64,000 bases of DNA, taken from positions 12,471,524-12,535,523 of the forward strand of contig NC_069003.1 in NCBI RefSeq assembly GCF_001194135.2. Direction: 5' to 3'. Of the stretch, positions 63,846-64,000 are shown one piece after another (positions within the stretch are counted from its first letter, which is position 1; each line of letters begins with the position of its first letter). A model generated the notes under the pieces. The model saw only the letters and a list, made by a program, of their open reading frames with translations. It did no database searches and was not told the origin of the DNA. This DNA comes from Octopus bimaculoides. Taxonomy: Eukaryota. The position numbers and the translations under genes are program-made.

Positions 63846-64000
63846 GAAGTGCAGTCGCCCTAGCTATGTTAAGGATGTACTTTCACCGAATGAGAATTCC
63901 AAAATTGGAATTGATTAAAATTTAAATGGCGATATGAAACGAACTTGGTAACGACACTGCCATGTTTGGACTTTCTTTAGCGTGGCTTTTTGATCAGAAG

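Overview
Eukaryotic, AT-rich, microsatellite- and SINE-dense draft-assembly DNA with ten N-gaps. The repeat families (tRNA-derived SINEs with internal (TA/TG)n, RTE-like tails ending in (GAT)n, Deu/Nin-like SINEs) look like octopus (inference, no search run). Nearly all ORFs in the supplied track are microsatellite, gap or antisense artefacts. One spliced protein-coding gene is well supported: a + strand stathmin, with a CCAAT/CRE promoter near 2.1-2.3 kb, start exon 9587-9669 (MSA), and coding exons 17304-17464, 21509-21700, 23113-23253, 26293-26445 and 27219-27305. Together these give 744 nt, 247 aa and about four tubulin-binding repeats. The 30-64 kb part is mostly decayed mobile elements: SINEs, hAT, mariner/Tc1 and piggyBac-like MITEs, and CR1, R4/Dong, Tx1/L1, Penelope and LTR fragments. 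The most interesting leads are (i) a frame-preserving two-cysteine cassette exon (12412-12516) that could give a membrane-anchored, SCG10-like isoform, (ii) symmetric repeat exons and an alternative stop exon that could tune tubulin-binding stoichiometry, (iii) several Penelope-type minimal hammerhead ribozyme motifs, one with an intact catalytic core and one half-motif inside a 91-bp palindrome, and (iv) a 170-bp inverted duplication with templated junctions. All splice, promoter and ribozyme calls are read by eye from the sequence and need RNA evidence.
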